Part shown: positions 50,236 to 58,446 of the stretch, piece by piece | Layout: every line of letters starts with the position of its first letter | Numbering within the stretch: the stretch's first letter is position 1 | Source of the DNA: Candidatus Zixiibacteriota bacterium | GTDB taxonomy: Bacteria > Zixibacteria > MSB-5A5 > CAIYYT01 | NCBI GenBank assembly: GCA_040235515.1 | Contig: JBECKX010000195.1 | Coordinates: forward strand, 15,015 to 79,014 | Reading direction: 5' to 3' | DNA: 64,000 bases | Notes under the pieces: model-generated | The model's database searches: none | Seen by the model: only the letters and a program-made list of their open reading frames with translations | Told to the model about the DNA's origin: nothing | Position numbers and translations under genes: made by a program

Positions 50236-51251
50236 TGATGATTGTAGTAATGAGTGAATCCGCAACTGTGAAAGACACCGCCGCAGTTATCAAACATATC
50301 GAAGAGTTGGGTCTGAAACCACACATCTCAGAAGGTGACGAAAAGACAATCATAGGTGCCATCGGCAACGACCGGTTGATTGAGAAGGAGTTACTGTTGG
50401 CGCTCTCAGGCGTTGAAGCGGTGATCCCGATATTGAAACCTTACAAGCTGGCTTCTCGCGAGTTCAAGCCTGAACCGACCATCATCAGCATCAATGGCAC
50501 TAAGATAGGCGGTGACACCCTCACGGTAATCGCCGGTCCGTGCGCCGTCGAGAGCTACGAGCAGGTGCTTGAAGCCGCCATGTGCGCCAAGGAGTCGGGT
50601 GCGCACTTGCTGCGTGGGGGAGCGTTCAAGCCACGAACCTCTCCTTATTCATTCCAGGGGTTAGGGGAAGAGGGATTGAAGATTCTCGCACGGGTACGCG
50701 AGGAAGTCGGGCTGCCGATCGTCACGGAGTGTCTTTCGCAGGATGATGTAGAGTTGGTTTCACATTATGCGGATGTGATTCAGGTTGGCGCTCGTAATAT
50801 GCAGAACTATGCCATGCTCGAGAAGCTGGGCAAACAGCATCGGCCGATCCTGCTCAAGCGCGGGATGATGTCAACGATGGAAGAGCTCCTGATGTCTGCG
50901 GAGTATATCCTCTCAAACGGAAACTATGGTGTTATCCTGTGTGAGCGCGGGATTCGCACATTCGAGAAACTCACCCGTAACACCTGCGATATCGCCGCCA
51001 TCCCGGCCCTCAAGCATCTCTCGCATCTGCCGGTGATCCTCGATCCGTCGCACGCAACCGGAGAGCGGCACCTGATACCGCCAGTCTCGATGGCGGGTAT
51101 TGCAGCGGGAGCGGATGGGCTCATTATCGAGATACATCCCAACCCGGACAAGGCTCTCTGCGACGGCCACCAATCTCTGCCGTTGGATCAATTCCGCGCA
51201 CTGATGTCGCAGGCAACCACGCTTGCGAAAGCCGTGAACAAGTCACTCTAA
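50235..51251 (+). CDS. 3-deoxy-7-phosphoheptulonate (DAHP) synthase, type I-beta with N-terminal ferredoxin-like regulatory domain
   Basis: Catalytic core ..VIAGPCAVES.. ..LLRGGAFKPRTSPYSFQGLG.. ..ILLKRGM.. ..ILCERGIRTF.. ..LDPSHA.. preceded by a ~75-aa extra N-terminal domain. Confidence 0.85.
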   Translation: MMIVVMSESATVKDTAAVIKHIEELGLKPHISEGDEKTIIGAIGNDRLIEKELLLALSGVEAVIPILKPYKLASREFKPEPTIISINGTKIGGDTLTVIAGPCAVESYEQVLEAAMCAKESGAHLLRGGAFKPRTSPYSFQGLGEEGLKILARVREEVGLPIVTECLSQDDVELVSHYADVIQVGARNMQNYAMLEKLGKQHRPILLKRGMMSTMEELLMSAEYILSNGNYGVILCERGIRTFEKLTRNTCDIAAIPALKHLSHLPVILDPSHATGERHLIPPVSMAGIAAGADGLIIEIHPNPDKALCDGHQSLPLDQFRALMSQATTLAKAVNKSL

Positions 51252-51263
51252 CGCTTCTACCGG

Positions 51264-52112
51264 ATGAATCATCCCTGCGTAGGCATAGCCGGACTTGGAC
51301 AGATCGGTGGCTCAATTGCCGCAAGGTTGTCCCGGAGCGAGAGCTACGGGTCGATCAGCGGTTATGACCTGAAGCCTGATCTGCTCGCTACTGCGCATGC
51401 GCGCGGCTATCTTGATAACGCCGCAACATCGATCTCTGAATTGATCGACTCAGTTGATATCGTGGTGATCGCGCTCCCGATGGGTGAGATATTCGCGGCG
51501 ATGAAGAGCTACCACGAAAGGCTGGCAAGCAAACAACTCGTCATTGACACCGGATCGCTGAAAGCCCAGGTTGTTACCATAGCCGAAGAACTCGGGTTGT
51601 CGAATTTTGTCGGTGGACATCCACTGGCAGGAACCGAGAAACGTGGCAGCGATGCCTGGAATGAAAATTTATTTGTGAACGAGAATTACTTCCTTACAGC
51701 GACAATGCACACGACGCCTGAATCGTATCGCCGGGCACGTCAGTTCGTGGACGCACTCGGTGCGCGCATCGTGGAAGTTGGCGCCGGGCAACATGACGAG
51801 ATCTTCGCCACAACGAGCAATATCCCGCATCTCTTCGCATTCCTGCTGCAGCGTAAGTTCGAAGCGCTCAGCGCCGGCGATGACAAGGCAGGACGCTTCG
51901 TTTGCCCCAGTTTCTATGGCGCAACCAGGGTCGCAAAATCTGATCCGGAAATGGTGTTTCAGATGTTATGGCATAACCGCGCTCGTCTCGGTGCAACCCT
52001 CGATGAGTTAATCAGGCAATTGAAAGAATGCCGGGACGATCTGTCGGCGAATGACGAGAACGCCTTTCGTGGCTACTTTCGAAGGAATACCCACGAGGAG
52101 CGCCATGACTGA
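51264..52112 (+). CDS. tyrA: Prephenate/arogenate dehydrogenase
   Basis: ..VGIAGLGQIGGS.. Rossmann and ..GGHPLAGTE.. catalytic region. Confidence 0.85.
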   Translation: MNHPCVGIAGLGQIGGSIAARLSRSESYGSISGYDLKPDLLATAHARGYLDNAATSISELIDSVDIVVIALPMGEIFAAMKSYHERLASKQLVIDTGSLKAQVVTIAEELGLSNFVGGHPLAGTEKRGSDAWNENLFVNENYFLTATMHTTPESYRRARQFVDALGARIVEVGAGQHDEIFATTSNIPHLFAFLLQRKFEALSAGDDKAGRFVCPSFYGATRVAKSDPEMVFQMLWHNRARLGATLDELIRQLKECRDDLSANDENAFRGYFRRNTHEERHD

Positions 52113-53391
52113 CACGAAGCGTCGCCTGAGTCTGCAGGGGACTATCATTCTCGGCGGGGATAAGTCACTCTCGCATCGGGCAGTCATGTTTGCCGCAATT
52201 GCAGATGGTACCTCGACCATCCGGGGACTCTCCACGGGTGCGGATGTGACCACAACCTGCAACTTGTTTCGGGCACTCGGCGTCGAGATTGCAGCCGATC
52301 AGTCAGACTCGTCGATTACCGTAGTCGGTCGGGGTATCAGTGGACTGACCTCACCTGCGGCTGATCTCGATTGTGGCAACTCCGGTACGACTATGCGACT
52401 CTGCTCCGGTATCCTTGCCGGTTCTAAAGTTACGGCACGCCTGGTGGGGGACAACTCATTGATGCGCCGTCCGATGTTGCGAATAGTCGAGCCGCTGCGG
52501 CAAATGGGGGCCAGAATCGAGGCGCTCGGCAGCAATGGCACGGCACCACTTCTGATCGAGGGCGCGCAACTGCATGCCATCAACTACCGGAGCCCCGTGG
52601 CTTCCGCGCAGGTGAAATCAGCTATCCTGCTGGCTGGTCTGACAGCGGATGGGCCGACCTCCGTGACCGAGCCGGAAAAGTCGCGCGATCATACCGAGAG
52701 ATTCCTCAGGGCACTTGGCTGCGAGATCACTGAGGATCAGATGAGAGTTACAGTTGAACCTTGCGCGCGACTGCGAGCATTCGATTACACGGTGGCGGCG
52801 GACACATCCACCGCGGTTATCTTTGCAGTCGCTGGATTACTGGTGGCTGGTTCCAGTGTCAGGCTGGAACGAGTTCTACTCAACCCAACCCGCACCGGTG
52901 GCTTTGACTTCCTGCAGCGGATGGGTGCAGGACTTGCGTTTGAGAATCGTGCGGAGGAACACAATGAGCCCGTAGGTGATGTTATAGTACGTGCAAGCGA
53001 CCTGGTCGCCGCCGATTCAGATGGGATCCAGACGGCATCGATGATCGACGAAATTCCTATCCTGGCTGTTGCCGCCGCGCTGGCGGATGGCGTATCGAGA
53101 TTTCGCAATATCGCCGAATTGCGTGTAAAGGAATCTGATCGAATTGCCGGCACAATCGAGATGCTCAAGGCTTACAATATTTCCGCGGAGACTTCCGGCG
53201 ACGATCTTTTCGTCCATGGCGGCGAAATCCGAAAAATCTCGGAAGCAACGCACCACGGTGACCACCGCCTCGCAATGGCAATTGAAGTGCTCAACCTGGT
53301 CGCAGAGGGAGAACTCGCGGGAGGCTACGGGGATGCGATTTCGGTTTCCGCACCCGAGTTTTATTCACAACTGCGAAAGGCGCTGCGCTGA
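52105..53391 (+). CDS. aroA: 3-phosphoshikimate 1-carboxyvinyltransferase (EPSP synthase)
   Basis: ..LGGDKSLSHRA.. ..DCGNSGTTMRL.. ..DHRLAMA.. Start at MTDTKR, overlapping the tyrA stop. Confidence 0.9.
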   Translation: MTDTKRRLSLQGTIILGGDKSLSHRAVMFAAIADGTSTIRGLSTGADVTTTCNLFRALGVEIAADQSDSSITVVGRGISGLTSPAADLDCGNSGTTMRLCSGILAGSKVTARLVGDNSLMRRPMLRIVEPLRQMGARIEALGSNGTAPLLIEGAQLHAINYRSPVASAQVKSAILLAGLTADGPTSVTEPEKSRDHTERFLRALGCEITEDQMRVTVEPCARLRAFDYTVAADTSTAVIFAVAGLLVAGSSVRLERVLLNPTRTGGFDFLQRMGAGLAFENRAEEHNEPVGDVIVRASDLVAADSDGIQTASMIDEIPILAVAAALADGVSRFRNIAELRVKESDRIAGTIEMLKAYNISAETSGDDLFVHGGEIRKISEATHHGDHRLAMAIEVLNLVAEGELAGGYGDAISVSAPEFYSQLRKALR

Positions 53392-54215
53392 TGCCACCTG
53401 CCGCAGAACAGATACGCCTTTACGGAATCATCGGGCATCGGATCAGCTATTCGCTCTCACCGCAGATTTACAACAAGCTGTTCAGAAAGCATGGAGTCGG
53501 CGCAGTCTACAACATCTACGACCTTCCCGCTCCATGCCTCGCCCGCTTCACAGATATAGTGAGAAAATACGCTGTCGCCGGTTTCAATGTAACGACACCA
53601 CACAAGGGTGCAATCATTCCACTGCTCGATCGGCTCGACCGGAGCGCCGGCACTACCGAATCGGTCAATCTGGTGCTGAATCGCAAGTCGCGACTGGTCG
53701 GCTACAACACCGATCTCGATGGTATCCGCAGCAGCGTTGAGGATCTCCTCGGTCTTGATGTTAAAGGAGCTGACGTCGTCATGCTAGGTTCTGGAGGCGC
53801 AGCAAATAGTGTTTACTACTACATGCAGCAGAGTAAGGCCGCAGGTATAACAGTGATTCATCGCTCTGAAGCGAGCGCGTCACGTTTCGAGCGCTATATT
53901 CGTCGAAAGTCACTGCATCGCGGCTATCGGTCGATTGTTGCGGCCGGCAGACGAGTCCCCTTGCCAAATCATCAGCTACTCGTTAATTGCACTCCAGTGC
54001 CGGTTACGAATCTGATCACCCAGGCGGCTGCGAAGGCGCTGACAGCGGTTTTCGAGTTGCGTTATGGCGATATCGAATTGTTGACAGAAAAGCATATCGG
54101 TGGCGCATCGATGCTGGCGGTGCAAGCGGCACGAAACTTCAAGATGATGGAAGGAATCGATGTGTCGTATCATGATATTCTGAAAACCATCAACAAGGTA
54201 AGCAGACGTGATTAG
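53391..54215 (+). CDS. aroE: Shikimate dehydrogenase
   Basis: ..LYGIIGHRISYSLSPQIYN.. ..NVTTPHK.. ..LGSGGAA.. Confidence 0.85.
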   Translation: MPPAAEQIRLYGIIGHRISYSLSPQIYNKLFRKHGVGAVYNIYDLPAPCLARFTDIVRKYAVAGFNVTTPHKGAIIPLLDRLDRSAGTTESVNLVLNRKSRLVGYNTDLDGIRSSVEDLLGLDVKGADVVMLGSGGAANSVYYYMQQSKAAGITVIHRSEASASRFERYIRRKSLHRGYRSIVAAGRRVPLPNHQLLVNCTPVPVTNLITQAAAKALTAVFELRYGDIELLTEKHIGGASMLAVQAARNFKMMEGIDVSYHDILKTINKVSRRD

Positions 54216-55341
54216 GTTTCTGACCGCGGGCGAGTCGCATGGCCAGGCTCTTGCGGCTGTAGTGGAGGGGATTCCGGCTGGGCTGAAGCTTGACGTCGAT
54301 GCCATTACCATCGACCTCCGCCGCAGACAAGGGGGCTATGGTCGCGGCAAGCGGATGCGCATCGAGAAGGATGCGGCACTGGTGACTTCCGGCATCTGGG
54401 ATGGCGAGACGATCGGCAGTCCGATTACAGTTCTGATCCAAAATCGCGACTGGAAGAACTGGAAGGATCAGAAACGGGAGAAGAAGCTCGTCCCACGACC
54501 GGGACACGCCGATCTGCCTGCCGTACTCAAGTATGACTTCGATGATATACAGAAGGCGATCGAACGCTCTTCGGCGCGTGAGACAGCCGCTCGTGTGGCA
54601 GCGGGTGCAGTGGCAAGGCAATACCTGGCTGCATTCGGAATCAAGGTCTATTCCCATACAAGACAGATCGGGAGTATCGTGAATGAGGTTCCGGTCAAGT
54701 TTACCGCCGCAAGATTTCTGGAGATTGAAGCCTCCAGCGTCCGCTGTGCCAGCAAGGCCGTCGGGAAGCTGATGATCAAGGAGATTGATCGTGCGGTGGA
54801 GCGTAAGGACACGCTTGGTGGTGTCGCTGAGGTTGTCATCACTGGAGCACCGGTTGGTCTCGGGAGTTATGTCCAATGGGATCGGCGGGCTGACACCAGA
54901 CTCGCTGCAGCGATGATGGGTATTCAATCGGTCAAAGCAGTCGAGGTGGGTGAGGGCATCAAGGCCGCCACATCGCTCGGCAGCGAAGTTCATGACCCGA
55001 TCAGGTACAGCAAGGGAAAAGGCTTCTACAACAGCAGCAATAACGCCGGCGGGATCATCGGTGGTATCACCAATGGCGCCGAGGTGGTCATTCGCGCGTT
55101 CTTCAAACCCATCTCCACGCTTGGAGAGCCACTTGCCTCTGCGGATATCAAGACCAAGCGGGCGACCCCCGCACCCTATGTCCGATCCGATATCTGTATC
55201 GTCCCGGCAGGTGGGGTTGTCTGCGAAGCCGCAGCCGCGCTCGTGATCGCTGATCTGATGTCTGAGAAATTCGGGGGGGACTCTATGCGTGAAGCAGTGG
55301 CAAATTTCAAATCGTATCTCAAGCATGTCAAGAAACGCTGA
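54208..55341 (+). CDS. aroC: Chorismate synthase
   Basis: MIRFLTAGESHGQAL.. ..RRQGGYGRG.RM..E.D.. ..GRHDP.. Confidence 0.95.
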   Translation: MIRFLTAGESHGQALAAVVEGIPAGLKLDVDAITIDLRRRQGGYGRGKRMRIEKDAALVTSGIWDGETIGSPITVLIQNRDWKNWKDQKREKKLVPRPGHADLPAVLKYDFDDIQKAIERSSARETAARVAAGAVARQYLAAFGIKVYSHTRQIGSIVNEVPVKFTAARFLEIEASSVRCASKAVGKLMIKEIDRAVERKDTLGGVAEVVITGAPVGLGSYVQWDRRADTRLAAAMMGIQSVKAVEVGEGIKAATSLGSEVHDPIRYSKGKGFYNSSNNAGGIIGGITNGAEVVIRAFFKPISTLGEPLASADIKTKRATPAPYVRSDICIVPAGGVVCEAAAALVIADLMSEKFGGDSMREAVANFKSYLKHVKKR

Positions 55342-55870
55342 AAGACGGCAGAGGATCTTCCTGGTCGGCATGATGGGCTCCGGCAAATCGACGATCGGCA
55401 AGCGATTGGCGCGAGAACTCGAATATGACCTTGTCGATATCGACGCCATCATCGAGCAACACGCAGGGATGAGCATCAGTGACTTGTTTGCGCGCCATGG
55501 TGAGGAAGCATTCCGTCGGCTCGAGTCAGCAGTACTGGCCGATACCGCCAATCGCATCAAGCTGGTCTTTGCCACCGGCGGTGGAATTCTCGATAACGAC
55601 GAGAATCGTGAGGTTATCCTGAATTCAGGTCTGGTCGTCTGGCTCAAGGCAGATGCCGCAACCTTGACGGCGCGGGTTGGCTCGGGGGAGAACCGGCCGA
55701 TGCTGCATGGCCACAACGCCTATGACCGCATCTCGCAACTGCTGGAGGATCGCACCCCATACTACGAACAGGCGCACCTGGTAATCGAAATCAAGGACAG
55801 ACCGCGCGCAGAAATCGTCAACGAGATAATCACCTACTATCATGGCTGGCTGACTCTTGATGAAAACTAA
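55325..55870 (+). CDS. aroK: Shikimate kinase
   Basis: ..IFLVGMMGSGKSTIGKRLA.. Walker A. Start at MSRNAE; the longer ORF from 55289 overlaps aroC. Confidence 0.85.
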   Translation: MSRNAERRQRIFLVGMMGSGKSTIGKRLARELEYDLVDIDAIIEQHAGMSISDLFARHGEEAFRRLESAVLADTANRIKLVFATGGGILDNDENREVILNSGLVVWLKADAATLTARVGSGENRPMLHGHNAYDRISQLLEDRTPYYEQAHLVIEIKDRPRAEIVNEIITYYHGWLTLDEN

Positions 55871-56945
55871 GATCACCTTCGATAATCCAGCGACCGAGTG
55901 CGCTGTAGTCTGCGGCGATTCGGTGTTTGAGGAAGCCATCACACCCCATATTGAGGGGAATCATCCCGAAAGCAGTCATAGCCAGGTTTTTGCCATCGTC
56001 GACCGCAACGCCTATCACCATCACTCCTCAGGGCTGCTCAAATCTCTCTCGAACCGCGCGGAAATCCATATCTTTCCGCCTGGCGAAGAACACAAGCACT
56101 ATGAAAACGCGCTGAAACTGATGGAGTGGTTGCTCGCTGCCGGAGCTGATCGTAACTCGTTGATCATCGGCATTGGCGGCGGCGTGGTGACCGATATAGC
56201 CGGTTACGTGGCTGCTACTTTTATGCGGGGTGTCTCATTCCTTGCTGTCCCGACCACGCTGGTTGGGCAGGTCGATGCAGCAATCGGCGGCAAGACGGCT
56301 GTGAACCTGGATCAGACCAAGAACATCGTGGGGGCGTTTCATTTTCCGAGTGCGGTGATCTGTGATACTCGATTCCTTCAGACACTGGAGCCCAAGCAGA
56401 TCAGGGATGGTTTGGTCGAAGCGTACAAGATACTTGCCGCGCACGACCGGGTTGGATGGCAGGAGGAAGCCCCGCATCTTCCGGGCTATCTCAGTGACCG
56501 GTGCTTGACCCCTCTGATCGAGAAAGCCGCCGCGCTGAAATGTGCGGTGGTATCGCAAGATCCGTTCGAACAGAACATCAGAAAAGTGCTCAATTTCGGC
56601 CATACCGCCGGCCACGCCATCGAAGCGGAAACCGGTTGCTCGCACGGGCATGCCGTAGCGATCGGGATACTGGTCGCGCTGGAATTGTCGATCAGCTTGG
56701 CTGGGCTGGCCAAAGGCGAGGCAGCGGACCTGGCGGCACATTTCAGGCAGATTTACTCCGAATTACCGAAGGGCGATCTGACGCCGGAACCCCTCTGGTC
56801 ACGCATCCAGCGAGACAAGAAGAAGCGTGGTAGCGAAATCAACTTCGTGCTTCTGAAAAGTTGTGGCGAGCATATCGTGAAAGCAGTAGACTATCAGCTA
56901 TTCAGCGAAGCCTTTGAACAGGCTGCAGCATCGTTGAGTGCGTAA
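55857..56945 (+). CDS. aroB: 3-dehydroquinate synthase
   Basis: ..IGIGGGVVTDIAGYVAATFMRGV.F..VPTTL..QVDAAIGGKTAVN.. Confidence 0.9.
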   Translation: MMKTKITFDNPATECAVVCGDSVFEEAITPHIEGNHPESSHSQVFAIVDRNAYHHHSSGLLKSLSNRAEIHIFPPGEEHKHYENALKLMEWLLAAGADRNSLIIGIGGGVVTDIAGYVAATFMRGVSFLAVPTTLVGQVDAAIGGKTAVNLDQTKNIVGAFHFPSAVICDTRFLQTLEPKQIRDGLVEAYKILAAHDRVGWQEEAPHLPGYLSDRCLTPLIEKAAALKCAVVSQDPFEQNIRKVLNFGHTAGHAIEAETGCSHGHAVAIGILVALELSISLAGLAKGEAADLAAHFRQIYSELPKGDLTPEPLWSRIQRDKKKRGSEINFVLLKSCGEHIVKAVDYQLFSEAFEQAAASLSA

Positions 56946-56963
56946 TGGAGCAGTATTGACGGT

Positions 56964-57401
56964 ATGAACAAGGTCCTGGTTATCAATGGCCCCAACCTGA
57001 ATCTTCTTGGCGAGCGCGAGCCGGAGATCTACGGAAAGACCACCCTGCTCGATATCGAGCGACGCATCAAGGATCGCGCCGACGAACTCGACTGCGAGGT
57101 GATTTGTCGCCAGAGCAACAGCGAGGGAGGAATCATCGATCTGCTTCACGCCAATCGCACGGGATTAACGGGGATCATCCTCAATGCCGCGGGTTATTCG
57201 CATACCTCCGTTGCAATCCTCGATGCGCTTGCTCTGGTCAAAGTTCCGGTCGTTGAAGTCCATATCTCGAATATTCATGCCCGCGAGGATTTCCGCCACA
57301 CCACCCTGACTGCGCGTGGTTGCGTCGGAGTGATTTCCGGGCTTGGAATTGATGGCTACATAGCCGCATTAGAGTACCTCCTTAAGCGAGAGCGAGACTA
57401 A
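56964..57401 (+). CDS. aroQ: 3-dehydroquinate dehydratase, type II
   Basis: ..VLVINGPNLNLLGEREPEIYG.. ..QSN.EG..I..LH.. ..NAAGYSHTS.. Confidence 0.9.
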   Translation: MNKVLVINGPNLNLLGEREPEIYGKTTLLDIERRIKDRADELDCEVICRQSNSEGGIIDLLHANRTGLTGIILNAAGYSHTSVAILDALALVKVPVVEVHISNIHAREDFRHTTLTARGCVGVISGLGIDGYIAALEYLLKRERD

Positions 57402-57409
57402 CGAAGCTT

Positions 57410-58306
57410 ATGAAGACTGTTTACACGGATGGAAAATTCCACTCGGCATCCCAGAATAATGTCTCATCGATGATGCAGGCATTCAACTACGGCACCGCCG
57501 CATTCGAGGGGATGAAAGCGTACTACCACAAGGATAAGAAAAAGTGGTTCATCTATCGCCCTGATCAATATTTCCAGCGCTTGCAGAAGAGTTGCAGTAT
57601 GATCGATATCGACCCCAAGCTGTCGCTTGACCGCTTTGTCGACATCATCTCGCGACTCATCAAGAAGGAGGATATGCGCACTGATGTGTATATTCGACCT
57701 TTGGTGTATCGTTGCGAAAAAGCGGTGGGACTCACCCGCCCCTCCGGCAGCGGCGTGTCGATCTTCGTACAGGATCTGCCGCACAGCTCCGGCAACCAGT
57801 TTCGCTGTTGTTTCGTGCCGCAGCGCCGACCGGTCGACGGCAGCTACTCCGGCAAGCTGACCGGGAACTACCTGCTGTCGTATCTCAGCCACAAAGCCGC
57901 TCAGAAGCGTGGTTTTGATATCGCCATCCTGAACTCCAGTGAGGGCTATCTTTCTGAGGCCTCCGTGATGAACCTCTTCATGGTCTCAGGCGGCAAGCTC
58001 CTCACTCCGTCGCTCGACTGCGGCGCGCTCGCCGGAATTACGCGTCGATCTATCCTCCAGCTGGCGCAGGAGGTATTGGGTGTGCGAGTTGCAGAAGGCA
58101 AGTATCGTGAGAAGAAGTTGCTGGAGGCGGATGAAGTGTTCTTCACCGGTACCGGTTCCGGGGTCAACTACGTGAAGCAGGTGGAGAGCACGAAGTACAA
58201 ACTCAGCGGCAAGAATCGGCTCGCCGTCCAGATCGACGAGGTGCTCACGAGCGTCTGTCAGGGCAGAGAATCAAAGTACGCAGACTGGCTCGTCGAGGTC
58301 AAGTAA
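57410..58306 (+). CDS. Class IV (fold type IV) aminotransferase (branched-chain amino acid aminotransferase / ADC lyase family); candidate aromatic aminotransferase of the operon
   Basis: ..FEGMKAY.. ..E..LL.ADEVFFTGTG.... are PLP fold IV hallmarks. Last gene before the terminator. Confidence 0.65.
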   Translation: MKTVYTDGKFHSASQNNVSSMMQAFNYGTAAFEGMKAYYHKDKKKWFIYRPDQYFQRLQKSCSMIDIDPKLSLDRFVDIISRLIKKEDMRTDVYIRPLVYRCEKAVGLTRPSGSGVSIFVQDLPHSSGNQFRCCFVPQRRPVDGSYSGKLTGNYLLSYLSHKAAQKRGFDIAILNSSEGYLSEASVMNLFMVSGGKLLTPSLDCGALAGITRRSILQLAQEVLGVRVAEGKYREKKLLEADEVFFTGTGSGVNYVKQVESTKYKLSGKNRLAVQIDEVLTSVCQGRESKYADWLVEVK

Positions 58307-58346
58307 AGACCGGCCTGACTACCGGCACACAGACAGACTTGAAACA

Positions 58347-58388
58347 AAAGTCCCCGCGTTCCAACTGGAAGCGGGGACTTTTTCTATT
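58347..58388. terminator. Rho-independent terminator (11-bp stem AAAGTCCCCGC/GCGGGGACTTT, U-tract) closing the aromatic supraoperon; possibly bidirectional for the convergent giant gene
   Basis: Palindrome plus TTTTTCTATT read from the sequence. Confidence 0.65.
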
Positions 58389-58446
58389 CGGGGCGCTGCT
58401 CATCGAGCTAATCTCTCGGAGCAGCACTTGTTATCGCAACTGACTG

